A stretch of DNA of 64,000 nt from Octopus vulgaris (GCA_951406725.2 OX597827.1:5580001-5644000); one strand, 5' to 3'; positions 27,656-43,266 are shown, counted from the first letter of the stretch. Notes: a model not told the origin generated them from the letters alone. Numbers and translations: made by a program.

Positions 27656-27974
27656 ATGATGCAGGCGTGGGCATGTGGTTTAAGAGTTTACTTCATAAGT
27701 TTGAAGTTTCCAGTTCACTTCTACTGTGTAGTACTTTAGGTATGTGCTTCTGCCATAGTACCCTAGACTGGTCAATGGTCAAAGCCTTGTGAGTAAGACT
27801 CATTGACAGAAATTGTGCAGGAGCCTATCATCATCACCACCGTCATCGTCATCGTCGTCATCATCGTTGTCATCATCGCCACTACCCCCATCGTCATCAT
27901 TATCCTTATTTGATACACCATTACTTTCAAACACTCAAAACCAATTGCAATATGTTTGTCTTATTAAAACAAAA

Positions 27975-28017
<43 letters not shown>

Positions 28018-28359
28018 GCTATTCAATTCTATTCTAAGAATTGTATTGCATTGTATTCTGCAATATTTAAAGCATAGAAAAATAAACCATCATTATTTCT
28101 TTTTTTTTTGGCCCTAACAATGAAGAACTAGACTGTCGCAGGGAAATTATAGGATGTCTGTAAACTGTGCCTAATCAGTATAAATTAGCAATATTAGAAT
28201 AATATTTTAAAATGTCATAACAAATCAATGAATGATTGTGGAAATATTAGAAAATAATTTGGTCGTTTCTTATGAAAGTAAATATTCTTGTAAAATGATA
28301 TGTTTTGCGAGAAGAATTAGAGTTGAACAATTCCCAAGATGCTCCAACCATTCTTTATG

Positions 28360-28696
28360 CTGCTGCTGCTGCTGATGATGATGATGTTGATGGTGTTTAT
28401 AGTGGTGGTGGTGGTATTGGTTGCAGTGATGCTGGTTGTGGTGATATTGGTTGTAATAGTAGGGGGTCATGGTGGTGGTTGTGGTGGTGATTGTGCTCAT
28501 AGAGGTAGTGACATAGAAAGCAGTAGTAGTGATGATGATGGTAGTAGTGGTACAGATTGCGATAGTAGTAATGGTAGTGGTGGAGATCGCGATAATGCTG
28601 GTGATGGTAGTAGTGACGGTCATGGTGATAGTGGTAGTAGTAGTAGTAGTTGTGGTGGCGGTGGTGGTGTTGGTGTTGTTGTTGTTGTTGTTGTTG

Positions 28697-28729
<33 letters not shown>

Positions 28730-29760
28730 ATAGTAGTAGTAGAGATGGTGATGGTGGCTTTGGTCATAGCAGTGGTCCTGATGGAGATAGTGGTTGTGAT
28801 ACTCCTGGGGAAGAGAGGTGATATCGTGTGAGTAAGGATGAGGTATCGGGGAGGGGGGGATGGTATCAGGACAATAATAGGAGGTAGAGATGGTATTGAG
28901 ATATCCGATATGGAGAGGAAGGGAGGGTAGATATTAGTTAGGGTTGTGGTGGTGGTGTGGGAGGGGGAGAAGAGGAATGGTATAAATGCTATCATAGTGG
29001 TGAGGAAGAGAGATGATATTAGCAGGATGAGATAAGGGTAGGAGGAAGAGAATGGTAATGGTACGGTGGTGGTGGTGGTGGTGGTGGTGGTGGAAAAGGA
29101 GAAAAAGAAATGGTATTTGGGATGGAGGAGATGGCATTGTGACAATGTGTGTTGGTGGTAAAAGGCATGAAGAATGGTTGTTGGTGAGGAGGAGAGAGAA
29201 ATGGTATTGAGATGATGGCAGTGTTGATGGGGAGAGGATAACCCTTATTGACAAAAAAGAGATGCTGGTGGTGGTGGTGGTGGTGGTGGTGGTGGTGGTG
29301 GTGGTGGTGGTGGTGGTGGTGGTAGTGGTGGTGGTGGTGGTGGTGGTGGTGGCGGTGGTGGCGGTGGTGGTAGTAATGGTGGTGGTGGTGGTGGTGGTGG
29401 TGGTGGTGGCAGTAGTGGTGGTGGTGGTGGTGGTGGTGGTGGTGGTGGTGGCGGTAGTGGTGGTGGTGGTGGCGGTAGTGGTGGTGGTGGTGGTGGTAGT
29501 GGTTTTGGTGGTGGTGGTGGTGGTGGTGGTAGTAATGGTGGTGGTGGTGGTGGTGGTGGTGGCAGTAGTGGTGGTGGTGGTGGTGGTGGTGGTGGTGGTA
29601 GTGGTGGTGGTGGTGGTGGTGGTGGTGGTGATGGTGGTGGTGGTGGTGGTGATGGTGGTGGTGGTGGTGGTGGTGGTGGTGGGTGGTGGTGGTGGTGATG
29701 GTGGTGGTGGTGGTGGTGATGGTGGTGGTGGTGGTGGTGGTGGTGGTGGTGGTGGTGAAA
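28360..29760. repeat. Long low-complexity GGT/GAT/AGT region including ~490-bp (GGT)n at 29266-29757
   Basis: Direct observation; explains poly-V/H/T ORFs. Confidence 0.95.
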
Positions 29761-30751
29761 GGAGCTGGTATTGGGAGAATGGTTGTGGTGAACTTTATAG
29801 TTGTCAATACTAGTGGTCGAGATTGCAATGCTGCTTAAAGATAGAAGATTGTTTTACAGATGGTGATGGTGGATGTTGTGGTGGTGATGGATGCTGTTGT
29901 TGTGGTGGATGTTGTGGTGGTGATGGTGGTGGTAGTCGTCGTCGTCATATCAAATATTTGTGTTTATTGTGATGCAGAAAATGATGTTTTTATAGGAGAT
30001 GTGATTTTTTAAGAGAAGTGCTCATTGCAAACTGACCTTTATGTCAACACGGGGAGGAAAAAAATGTTGTTTTTGCCCAACCCCCTTTTTTTAGATTAAA
30101 ACCTGGTCATATGAAAAGGACACAAAAATATATTTGTCCCTAGAAGAAAACAGAGGGACAAAGACAAGACAGCAAAAAATATTTTTTTATAAAAAAAAAA
30201 AGTGGCAGATGCGAGGAAAGTGCACCTTAAAAACTTAAAAGCATCGTCATGTTGTTGCCGGTGCAGTGGTTTGATCTGTCAGAGAAGGTGATTCAATATT
30301 AGTACAGCTGTGAGAAATTAAACAGGGCAAAGATGCTTTCTTTGAGTGGCAGTGAAGTGTCATGCAAGTAAAAAAAATTGGCAAATGGCTGAAAATGGCA
30401 TTACCGGAGCTGAAATGGATTCGCTAATATAGGGTCTTGGATAATCCAAATGGATTTTTTATGGGATTCAATCAATAATGTTGAAACCAGTTGTCAGTGC
30501 AATACTGCAGATGTGAAAAAAATAAACACTGATAAGATTTGGTAACAATTTATATCAGTTTATATTTGTTTGTATTTATAGCGGTTTATGAAGCAGGCAA
30601 GATATCCGCCATTGCTTAATGGAATGACTGCTTTTTGGTCTCTTTTGGCTGGAGTTTACTTTTAGTTTAAGCTGTGTGTTTTGCTAACTTTTCTAGATTT
30701 ATTTATTTATTTATATATTTGTTTGTTTGTTTGTCTGTTTTTTTTGTCAAG

Positions 30752-30827
30752 TTTTGCAGAAGAGAATATCACAAAGAAAAGGGGACAGGCTGATAGCAAT
30801 TAGCCACTAAGTGTTAGCAACAACAGC

Positions 30828-30879
<52 letters not shown>

Positions 30880-31288
30880 GCAGCAGCAGCAATAACAACA
30901 ATGATAGCGATGATGGTGATGACAATCAAATATTACGTAACCTTCACTTTATACCTTTGGTCATCAACACATGGAAAAACTGGAAAAATACCACAGTTGA
31001 TATCTGTGATGGCTTTTGTGACAATAAAACCTTGAAGGGTCACGTATGTGAGAGACTGTTTGATTTTTAGTTTATAATGTAATAACAGCTCAGCTTGCAA
31101 GGAAGACCCCCAGCACTGCACACGGTAGGATGGATATTGGCAAAGGGGAGAGAAACAAAGTAATAGAACTTAATAGAGGAAATGTATTGGAAAAAAAAAG
31201 AAAAGAAAAGAAAAAAGGGAAAAAATACAATATGTGACGATAGAGATAAACTGAGTGTATGATGAGTTTGTGATTTAGAAACAGAAAA
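30752..31288 (+). repeat. Left arm of inverted duplication IR1
   Basis: Reverse complement of 33961-34428; ~90-bp perfect core 31018-31108. Confidence 0.93.
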
Positions 31289-31780
31289 TAATAATAGCCC
31301 GGCTGTTTGATATGTTTATGATACACAGAAATAGGGGAAGAAAAATATACAAGATATGAAGTAGATTTTTAATGCACAGGTACAGAGTAAAAAATATTAC
31401 AGGACTGTTTTTCTTTTTTTTCCTGCTTTTTTTGGTAGAATAAGAATATAGATTTACTTTAGCTATGAGGTAGGGTTGAAATAAATCAGAATCGTTTGCC
31501 TCTCTAATGGAGCTATGGTATAAAAATTAACCATAGAATGAATTTAGCTATAAGAAAACGTTTGTTGTATAAAAAAATTCCTTGGTTTAACTACATCATT
31601 GGTTTTGCAGCCGAAAGTGATTAGTAAAAATAATTCTTATATATAGCTAGATTTCTTTCATAATGAGTAACATAATTTCATAGATATGAAATATGAGTAA
31701 AACTTAATTAGTATTAATATCTTTAGAATATTTTGAGAATATTTGTTGATAATGTTGAAAACAAAAGTTTTGGGAAAAAA

Positions 31781-32600
<820 letters not shown>

Positions 32601-33180
32601 TCACAGTTTAAATTCAGAATTGTGTATTTCTCAAAAAATTTTTACAAGACCAGACCTTATTTTAAGGATCTATTTTTGATGGCCACGAATCCAGAAATAT
32701 CTGCGAATATTTAGTGAATTCATTAATGTATCATATTGATAATCATAAATAATGGCTTTGTGGTTTCAGATTAATTTTGATATAATGTAATATGAAATGT
32801 TAACTCTTCTATGATTCACTGCAATTAACCTTACTGTTTTCTTATTATCCAATGTATTTTTTAAAGTTCCATAAATTAGAATTAGTAATTAATCTCTTTT
32901 TCTAGTTATCTTCCCAAAAGTTTTTCTAGATTCTAAATTTGATTTAAAACTCAAAACAAAAGTTTGCCATTAGCATATGGGTATATCGTTTTCTCGATGT
33001 TAATCCATACACCAAAAGCCTTTAGATGCATTTGAGTTAATTCTACACCTTTCACTCACCCTACACTCTACCATCACTCATAATCTCTCCATTTGATGTG
33101 CTTACCTAGTATAGAATTGTCAATCATTTCTGTGTGACTCTTCTATCTTTGATGTTAAGAGAATTTACTTATTATTAAAT

Positions 33181-33632
33181 GCAGGTTAGGCTGTGAGGTT
33201 AAGAAACCTGCTTTGCAACTATGTGGTTTTGGGTTCAGTCCCACTACATGGCACCTTGAACAAATGCCTTTTACTACAGCCCTGGGCTGACTGATACCTT
33301 GTAAGTGAATTTAGTAGACAGAAACTGTGAGAAATCCAGTTGTCTATATATACATACATACATTCAAACACACACACATACACACACATACATATATGTA
33401 TGTGTATATATGCGTGTGTGTGTGAGTGTATGTGCATCTTTGTGTCTGTGTTACCACCATCACCACAAGACAACTAGTGTTGGATTGTTTATGTTGCTGT
33501 AACTTAGTGGTTCAACAAAAGAGAGTGATAGAATAAGTGCCAGACTTAAAAAAAAGAAGAACTGGAGGTGTTAACTCTTCAAAGCAGTGCCTCAGTAGGG
33601 CTGTGGCCCAATGAGTGAAACAAGTAAAAGAT
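33181..33632 (+). mobile_element. Diverged SINE family A
   Basis: Head, CORE-like segment, microsatellite and tail recognisable. Confidence 0.75.
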
Positions 33633-33960
33633 GTAAAAATATAACCAGAGAGAGAAAGTTTTAATTTATTCTATCCATTAGATCAAACACCAATTACCAT
33701 TTATTGAGCCTGCAGACAGAAGAACTGCTCATGACTTTCACAAGTTTTCTGGGACTGGCAGATTGATACTGCTAGTGTTTCTCTTGAACAGGTGCAAGTG
33801 AATGGTTACATAAAATAAATGTGTAGGTAAGCTATTTCAGAAAAACAATGTTCTGAAGTGGAAAGACAAGAGATAGTTGTTGATTGAGCCTAGGTATAGT
33901 GGAGTAAAAAGATGAGTTATTTAGAGTTAACTGAATGGTGATATCACAGAACAAGCTAGG

Positions 33961-34428
33961 TTTTCTGTTTCTAAATCACAAACTCATCATTCGCTCAGTT
34001 TATCTCTATAATCACACATTGTATTTTTTCTTTGCTATATTTTCCAATACATTTCCACTATTAAATTCTATTACTTTGTTTCTCTCCCTTTGCCAATATC
34101 CATCCTACCGTGTGCAGTGCTAGGGTCTTCCTTGCAAGCTGAGCTGTTATTACATTATAAACTAAAAATCAAACAGTCTCTCACATACGTGACCCTTCAA
34201 GGTTTTATTGTCACAAAGCCATTGCAGATATCAACTCTGGTATTTTTCCAGTTTTGCATGTGTTGATGACCAAAAGTATAAAGTGAAGGCTACGAAATAT
34301 TTGATTGTCATCATAACTGCCATCAATGTTGTTGCTGCTGTTGTTGCTGCTGTTGTTGCTAACCCAGTAACAGAAACCAATTGCTATCAGCTTGTCCCCT
34401 TTCTTTGTTATATTCTGATATGCAAAAA
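33961..34428 (-). repeat. Right arm of inverted duplication IR1
   Basis: Reverse complement of 30752-31288. Confidence 0.93.
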
Positions 34429-34527
34429 TTCAAAAAGAGAAAAATGAGAAAGAAAACTCTAGAACAGAGGCCAATACAGTAGCGGTAGAAAAAATAGAAT
34501 GACAAAGCAGAAGCTAGAGTGTAATAC

Positions 34528-34917
34528 TCTCTCTCTTTTACTCTTTTACTTGTTTCAGTCATTTGACTGCAGCCATGCTGGAGCACCGACTTTAGTCGAG
34601 CAAATCAACCCGGGACTTATTCTTTGTAAGCCCAGTACTTATTCTATCGGTCTCTTTTGCCAAACCGCTAAGTGACGGGGCCGTAAACACACCAGCATCG
34701 GTTGTCAAGCAATGCTAGGGGGACAAACACACACACATATATATATATATACATATATACGACAGGCTTCTTTCATTTTCTGTCTACCAAATCCACTCAC
34801 AAGGCATTGGTCGGCCCAGGGCTATAGCAGAAGACGCTTGCCCAAGATGCCACGCAGTGGGACTGAACCCGGAACCATGTGGTTGGTTAGCAAGCTACTT
34901 ACCACACAGCCACTCCT
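34528..34917 (-). mobile_element. SINE family A (young)
   Basis: High identity to 1617 and 36755 copies. Confidence 0.9.
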
Positions 34918-36007
34918 TTCTTACTAATCTCTTTAGTTATGGTCTAAAAAGTTGGAGCTGGAGTTCATTGTAATTGTGACTCTCATATGAAATCTGTAAA
35001 GAGTTTGTTTTTGTTTTTTGTTGCTGACAGATGAAATTTTTTCCAGCCCTAAACAGGAAGGCCAGTGTTTGTAATGTAGTTTTGCTTGCATTGGGAGCAC
35101 GTGTTTACCTAGAGTTAACATCTGTGGTGGTGAGATTTGTTATTTTTTATAGCAGTCTTGTGGGTTCTAATTGTGTACTGTTCAATTTATGTTTAAGGTG
35201 AGAGTTGTGACAATGTTTACTTGATGGTAACTCATTATCAATTATGCAAACAAGATAACATTATTTATGGTAAACGAATTGCATATTTAATACAGATTTT
35301 ATTTCTCAAGATTTCAGAATAAGTTTAATAGAATGAATTAGAATTTAATGATGGTTTTTGGTTATGTATATTAATGTAACCTTGAGGAATTACCATAAGC
35401 ATTGTTACAGTTAGCAGAGAAATTTAATTAAAAATGCAGACATTAAATTAGTTAACACTGATCATTCAAATAAAGGTGATATGTTGTGAGGAAAATTTGC
35501 TTGATTGCTAGCTTGCAGTTTTAAACAAAAAGGATTAACAGCCCCAATAAAAACATCACGAATGGAAACTAATAATTCCCCCTTAAAAGCATTTTAGAAT
35601 AAAACAAAAATTTTGAATACACGTTAGAATAATTAAAAGTAACATCTTATGTAATGATTTAGGAAACATGTCAATTCCATCACAAAAATCACTGGCGTAT
35701 TAATTGCTATGAAGAAAAACAAATGTTTTCAGCTTGTCATAATAGCAGAACATTGTCTGATAACATAGAAGAAAATATAGAAAAATGTAAAGTTTAGCAA
35801 CAGCTGTAAATACGTTTCGGAGCAGTTTTACTATAAAACTTAGTGAGATTAAGACACAGAAATTGATATTTTACTTGAGTCTGTACATGGAACAGTAGTA
35901 AAGTCATGGCTACATAGCTACGGTTATGGTTGAATAGATATTGTTTTATTTATCTTATTTAGTACATCTGAATATAAATAACTAGCTTTGGTTATTTTAA
36001 TTGATGC

Positions 36008-36041
<34 letters not shown>

Positions 36042-36062
36042 TGATGATGATGATAATGATAG

Positions 36063-36236
36063 TCATCATCAACATCATCATCATCATCGTTTAACGTCCG
36101 TTTTCCATGCTAGCATGGGTTGGACGGTTCGACCGGGATCTGGGGAAGCCAGAAGGCTGCACCAGGCTCCAGTCTGATCTGGCAGTGTTTCTACAGCTGG
36201 ATGCCCTTCCTAACGCCAACCACTCCGTGAGTGTAG
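36063..36236 (-). mobile_element. Family C RTE-type 3' end
   Basis: Near-identical to the 15240 copy. Confidence 0.82.
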
Positions 36237-36754
36237 ATAATAATCGTAATAATGATGATTTCAAATTTTGGCACAAGGCCTGCAGTTTTGGAGAACGGGC
36301 TAAGTCGATTACACCAATCCCAGCGCTCAACTGGTACACATTTTATCGACCCCAAATGGATGAAATGTGAAGCTGAACTCAGTGGTATTTGAATCAGAAT
36401 GAAAAGCCAGAAGAAACGTCACCAAGCATTTTGTTTGCCGCTCACCAACTTAATGACAACAACAACAACAATTTATCCTAGCATGAAAGAAAATGGAAAG
36501 GACCTGCATAATGTGCTGTTAATGGAGGTTTAAACAACATAGGTGAACACAAAAACCTGAGTCCAAGAAGTAAAGCTTCCTTCAAAGCAGAGTTAGAAAT
36601 GCAATTTTCAAGTAGGTAAGCGGATTAAACAGGAGTGATATATTCAAAATTGGTAACACTAAAAATTGTTGAGGATAAATTAAATTTATTATTGTTCCTG
36701 AATATGTTAGTGTTATTTAATTTCTGAACGGTTTTGCTGCTGTTTGTTTATATA

Positions 36755-36919
36755 GGCACAGGAGTGGCTGTGTGGTAAGTAGCTTGCTAACCAACCACAT
36801 GGTTCCGGGTTCAGTCCCACTGCGTGGCATCTTGGGCAAGTGTCTTCTGCTATAGCCCCGGGCCGACCAATGCCTTGTGAGTGGATTTGGTAGACGGAAA
36901 TTGAAAGAAGCCTATTGTA

Positions 36920-36964
<45 letters not shown>

Positions 36965-37183
36965 ATGTGTGTGTTTGTCTCCCTAGCATTGCTTGACAAC
37001 CGATGCTGGTGTGTTTACGTCCCCGTCACTTAGTGGTTCGGCAAAAAGAGACCGATAGAATAAGTGCTGGGCTTACAAAGAATAAGTCCCGGGGTCGATT
37101 TGCTCGACTAAAGGCGGTGCTCCAGCATGGCCGCAGTCAAAATGACTGAAACAAGTAAAAAGAAAAAAGAAAAAGAAAAAGAA
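36755..37183 (+). mobile_element. SINE family A (young, full length)
   Basis: Complete head-to-tail copy with A-rich tail. Confidence 0.92.
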
Positions 37184-37625
37184 TAGTTTGATTTCTCCTC
37201 TTGGTTTGCAATGTTAGCAAAAAAAGGGTTGTTATTGCCATTGCCCTCTAAATTTATTGCGTCTTTCATAATTTTGCTTTTTGTTACTTAATCTTTTGTG
37301 TTACTCAAATCATAATTGCTAATGTTTATAAATGTCTGATTGTTTAATTTTCATATGTTTTCGATTTTTTTTTTTCCACTCTTTAAATTTGACTTTGTGC
37401 CATTAAAAAATTTCGAAGGCATATTCATTGTAGCTATCATTTCTTCCAGCTACTACTGCAATGACCTTACTGAGGTGCTAATAAACAAGACAAAAGGATG
37501 TGATGAGTAGAAAAATATATCTGAGGACAGATCTTTATGCACATTGAGTAATGGAGTGGGAATTTAAATATTACAAAGCCCATTATTGGTTAAAAGAACC
37601 TCAACTAAAACACTTTTATTCAGTA

Positions 37626-37945
37626 CTAGCAGTATCGCCCGGCGTTGCTTGGGTTTGTAAGGGAAATAACTATATAAGCATTTTAAGAGAGTTATAGCCA
37701 AAAAATAGCAAAAAATACATTAAAAATGGGAAAAAAAATGAAGGTAAATTTTTTTTTAAATCGTTGACTCATCGCAGACATTTTTAGAGAGTTACTTCCC
37801 TTATATAATATCGAAAAAATGCATTAAAAATGGGAAAAAATTATGGTAAATTTTTTTTTTAATCATAGACTCATCGCAGACGCGCGCTAATACCCAGAAG
37901 GGCTTGATATGAATCACGACTATAAGATTATATGGTTAAACTGCA
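37626..37945 (-). mobile_element. Non-autonomous Helitron, 5'-truncated
   Basis: 3' CTAG at 37626-29 with cccgg..ttggg hairpin; homologous to 39872 and 44282 copies. Confidence 0.82.
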
Positions 37946-39053
37946 TATATGGTTAAACCCAAGGTTATAGTAGAAGACACTTGCCCAAGGTGTCACGTAG
38001 TAGGACTGAACCCAGAACCATGTGGTTGGTAAGCAAGCTACTTACCACACAGCCACTCCTACGCCTATACATATTTCTTTCCAGATACTGCCACTTTGCC
38101 ACTTGATCTCATCAGACCACAAGATGAGAGTGTGTTGTAGACATGAAATTTGGGGCTGAGTACATGTGCACCTGAAATTCTTGTTTCTGTAATGGCTGCC
38201 ACATCTAAACCTAGTCATTTGAGATTATTGAGCAATTGACCTTGCTTCCAAGGCAAACTGAGACCACATACATTTACCCATCCAACTCTGAGCGACACCA
38301 TGCTTATTGGGGAAATATGAGGGAGATGTTACTCACCTTCATCCTCAAGAATGGTAAGTTGTCTGTTTCTTTTCTCTGTGGGTGTCCCTTAAAAGGTTCT
38401 TGTAATAATATCTTTTTTTATTACCCTTTACTATTTCATTGTTGTTTTCCTCTATAATGGTGAAATTGATGAGAAATAGTTTTTTATTTGTGTGTGTTGT
38501 TGTGCTGTTGTTAATATCATTAATTCTTTTTTTCTTTGTTACTAGGCTTATGTGGTGTCCTGTTGTTGTTGTAGAAGTAATGTAGCAGATTTGGTTCTGG
38601 GTGTAGTGGTAGCAGAGATTCTACAGCTGGATATATATATGCACACACACAGAATGTATATGTACAGTATATTTATATCCAATAATAATATTCAAGCAAT
38701 ATCCAGTAATAATATTCAAATACCTGAGCAGGTATCACCAAGCTTTGGACAAAATTTGATGCAGAGTCTCTGCTCAACCATCTCTTGTCATCGTCAATGC
38801 GGAGATCACATGCTACACACATTCCTTCAAAGCACTGCTGTAAACAGTGGAAGCCAGCTAGAACATTAAAACTTAGTTCACATGCACAGCCAAGTTCAAG
38901 TTCATTTTGTACCAAACAGCTTCACTCTGCATATTTTAGCTTCTTGACTATGATGGCAATAGTCTGGATACTTATTGATCAGACTGTGTATATATATATG
39001 CCTGTCTTTGTGTGTCCTCTCTGTGTTTAGTCTCCTGTGGGCAATAAAGAAAT

Positions 39054-39441
<388 letters not shown>

Positions 39442-39443
<2 letters not shown>

Positions 39444-39860
39444 CGCAGGAGTGGCTGTGTGGTAAGTAGCTTGCTAACCAGCCACATGGTTCCTGGTTCA
39501 GTCCCACTGTGTGGCATCTTGGGCAAGTGTCTTCTGCTATAGCCCCGGGCCGACCAATGCCTTGTGAGTGCATTTGGTAGACGGAAACTGAAAGAAGCCT
39601 GTCATATATATGTATGTATATATACATATATATGTATGTGTGTGTGTGTTTGTGTGTCTGTGTTTGTCCCCCTTGCATTGCTTGACAACTGGTGCTGATG
39701 TGTTTACGTCCCCGTCACTTAGCGGTTCGGCAAAAAGAGACCGATAGAAGAAGTACTGGGCTTACAAAGAATAAGTCCTGGTGTCGATTTGCTCGACTAA
39801 AGGCGGTGCTCCAGCATGGCCGCAGTCAAATGACTGAAACAAGTAAAAGAGTAAAAGAGT
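39442..39860 (+). mobile_element. SINE family A (young)
   Basis: Complete copy. Confidence 0.92.
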
Positions 39861-39871
39861 ATATATATATA

Positions 39872-40260
39872 CTAGCAGTATCGCCCGGCATTGCTCGGGT
39901 TTGTAAGGGAAATAACTATACAGCATTTTTAGAGAGTTATAGCCAAAAAATAGCAAAAAAATGCATTAAAAATGGAAAAAAATTATGGTAAATTTTGTTT
40001 TAAATCGTTGACTCATCGTAGACATTTTTAGAGAGTTACTTCCCTTTAAAAATGCATGAAAATGGAAAAAAATTATGGTAAATTTTTTTTTAAATCGTAG
40101 ACTCATCGTAGACGCGCGCTAATACCCAGAAGGGCTCGATATGAATCACGACTATAAGATACACGGTTTTGGTTAAACTGCACCGCAAAATGTGGGAGTA
40201 GTTAGGAATCTAAATCGTAGGAGACAGACACTCACACAACTTCACTTTTATATATAAAGA
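39872..40260 (-). mobile_element. Non-autonomous Helitron, complete
   Basis: Minus strand 5' TC...3' CTAG, inserted between A and T, subterminal hairpin cccgagcaatgccggg. Confidence 0.9.
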
Positions 40261-40609
40261 TATATATATATATATGCATGTATTAAATATGAGTGCATAT
40301 GTGTCTATTCATTCTGACGAATCTTAGTTCTAGTGTACCCAATAATGGTATGTGATTATTGAACTGACTGTATTTTCAGTTTTGTAAATCTTTGACATCC
40401 TGAATCCTACCTCCTACTGCTACTGCTTTGATGCCAAGGAAAACAAAAAAAAGCAGCAGCTCAAAGCTAGACAAAATGTTTCTTCTTTACATGTGGGTAA
40501 CCTAATTTGCACATTCGTGTCAGTTTGGCAATATTTAAAAACAAAATATTACTAATATTTCAACCTTGTGTGAAAATATTCATTCAGTTATGAAGTGTGT
40601 ACATGTGTG

Positions 40610-41265
40610 CATATGTATGTATGTATGCATGTATGTATGTATGTATGTATGTATGCATGTATGCATGTATTTATGTATGTATGTATGTATGTATGTATGT
40701 GTGTATGTATGTATGTATGTATGTATGCATGTATGTATGTATGTATGCATGTATGTAGGAATCTATGTATGTATGTATGTATGCATGTATGTATGTATGT
40801 ATGTATGTATGCATGTATGTATGTATTTATGTATGTATGTATGTATGTATGTATGTATGTATGTATGTATGTATGTATGTATGCATGTATGTATGTATGT
40901 ATGCATGTATGTAGGAATCTATGTATGTATGTATGTATGCATGTATGTATGTATGTATGTATGTATGTAGGAATCTATGTATGTATGTATGTATGTATGC
41001 ATGCATGCATGCATGCATGTATGTATGTATGTATGTATGCATGAATGTATGTATGTATGTATGTATGTATGTATGTATGCATGTATGTATGTCTGTTTGT
41101 ATGTAGGTATGTATGTATGTAGGAATCTATGTATGTATGTATGTATGTATGCATGCATGCATGCATGCATGTATGTATGTATGTATGCATGAATGCATGT
41201 ATGTATGTATGTATGCATGTATGTATGTCTGTTTGTATGTATGTATGTATGTATGTATGTATGTT
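40610..41265. repeat. (TATG)n array with recurrent gtaggaatct and tgca variants
   Basis: Direct observation. Confidence 0.95.
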
Positions 41266-41874
41266 TGTGTATGTGTGTATATAATTAGTGCTATACATAT
41301 ATGTATATATTTATTTATGCACACATGCATACACACACACACACACACACACACACATGCACTTGATGTTTCATTCCACAGGAATAAATTTGAAAACTTG
41401 AAGATGCAATAATTGAGATGCCTGTACTGCGTTGCTGAATACTCGGGGTAAACCCCAAATACCATTTCGGATGGAAACCATATAAGAATTTTCTTAAGCT
41501 TAAATCATCATCATCATCATCATTACCATCATCATCATCATCATCATCATTGTTGTTGTAACTGTTAATGTCATAAGAGTTGTCATCTTCCTAGTGATTC
41601 TTTGGTCTGCTTTTCTATGCAGGTTTGTGTTGGATGTGACATACTAATTTCTTTTTGTGGGGATTTATATACACAGACAATAAAACACATTTTTCTTGAA
41701 CTTTTCCCTTTCATTTTGAAGTGTTTCTTTATCTTACATTCCTGTTTTTCCTCTCCATCTTTAGACATAAAAAAAGACAATGTCTAAAGCATCATAATTA
41801 ACTCCTTCTGTTTTGCCTAACAATTTTATTATGAATGTATCCTACTTTGCGCTTTTTATTTTAGCTTTCTCATC

Positions 41875-41911
<37 letters not shown>

Positions 41912-42264
41912 TGTGTGTAAATGGAATATTAGATAAAGACTAAAGTAAAACAAATAGTAATTAACTTCGGGTACTTAAATGAACTGGTAGATCAAGCTAC
42001 TGATGAATATAGACAGAAATGCAAGGCAAAAAATACGTTAGACTATACTCCTACTAAAAAAATATATCTATTACACACAAAATGTTTTATATAAACCAAA
42101 TGCATTCTGGGTACAGCACAAATGAACATGTTCAAAAATCTCATAAAATGAAACACAAAATGTGTCACATTAAACCACAAGTACAGAAATCTTTCATATG
42201 TTGTCCATGCCTTTAAAACCAAAAAGCGATTGCAAAACATTATATCAAATACCATACAACAAAG

Positions 42265-42513
42265 CTGGCACGTAAAAAGCACCATCCAATCGTGGACGTT
42301 TGTCAGCCTCGTCTGGCACCTGTGCAGGTGGCACGTAAAAAGCACCCACTACACTCATGGAGTGGTTGGCGTCAGGAAGGGCATCCAGCTGTAGAAATAC
42401 TGCCAGATCAGACTGGGCCTGGCGCAGCCTTCGGGCTTCCCAGACCCCAGTTGAACCGTCCAACCCATGCTAGCACGGAAAACGGACGTTAAACGATGAT
42501 GATGATGATGATG
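42265..42513 (+). mobile_element. Family C RTE-type 3' end with (ATG)n tail
   Basis: tggcacgtaaaaagcacc repeats + ggaagggcatccagc...ggacgttaaacgatgatg. Confidence 0.82.
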
Positions 42514-42625
42514 AAAGCTAGACTTTGAAAACTGGTTGGCGTTAGGAAGAACATTCAGGTGTGGAGACTATGCCGAGTGGACAGTAGAGTTTGGTTCAGT
42601 CCTCTGGCTTGCCACCTCCTATATA

Positions 42626-42680
<55 letters not shown>

Positions 42681-42734
42681 ATGCGTGCGTGTGTGTATGT
42701 GCATGTCTGTGTAATTATGTGTATTGTATCTGAA

Positions 42735-42867
42735 GTTTGCTTCTCAACTACATTGTTCTGGGTTCAGTCCCACTGCATGGCACCATAGGCAAGTGTCTTC
42801 TACTATAGCCCAGGCTGACCAAAAGCTAGTGAGTGGATTTGGTAGATAGAAACTGAAAGCACCCCAT

Positions 42868-42935
<68 letters not shown>

Positions 42936-43209
42936 GAATCAGATGAATATGGTACTTAAGTTAAAGGCACCAGAATTTAGTATGGTATTATCCATTTAAA
43001 TCAAATGGGATGATTATAATCAAAATAAGCTGCAAGGATATCCAAGGTAGTGTAGTACAATCGTTTCATGCTACTTCATTTTATTAAACAATTTAAGTAT
43101 CTGAAGGATATTTCCATTGTTTAATAAAATGAAGTAGCATGAAACGATTGTACTACACTACCTTGGATATCCTTGTTGCTTATTTTGATATATATATATA
43201 GAGAGAGAG

Positions 43210-43266
<57 letters not shown>

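Noticed and set aside
28270-29828. 291-aa and 269-aa poly-T/H/V ORFs
   Set aside because: Arise from GGT/AGT trinucleotide repeats open in several frames on both strands
31466-31503. let-7-like TGAGGTAG start
   Set aside because: Match limited to the seed; rest differs and the hairpin is poor
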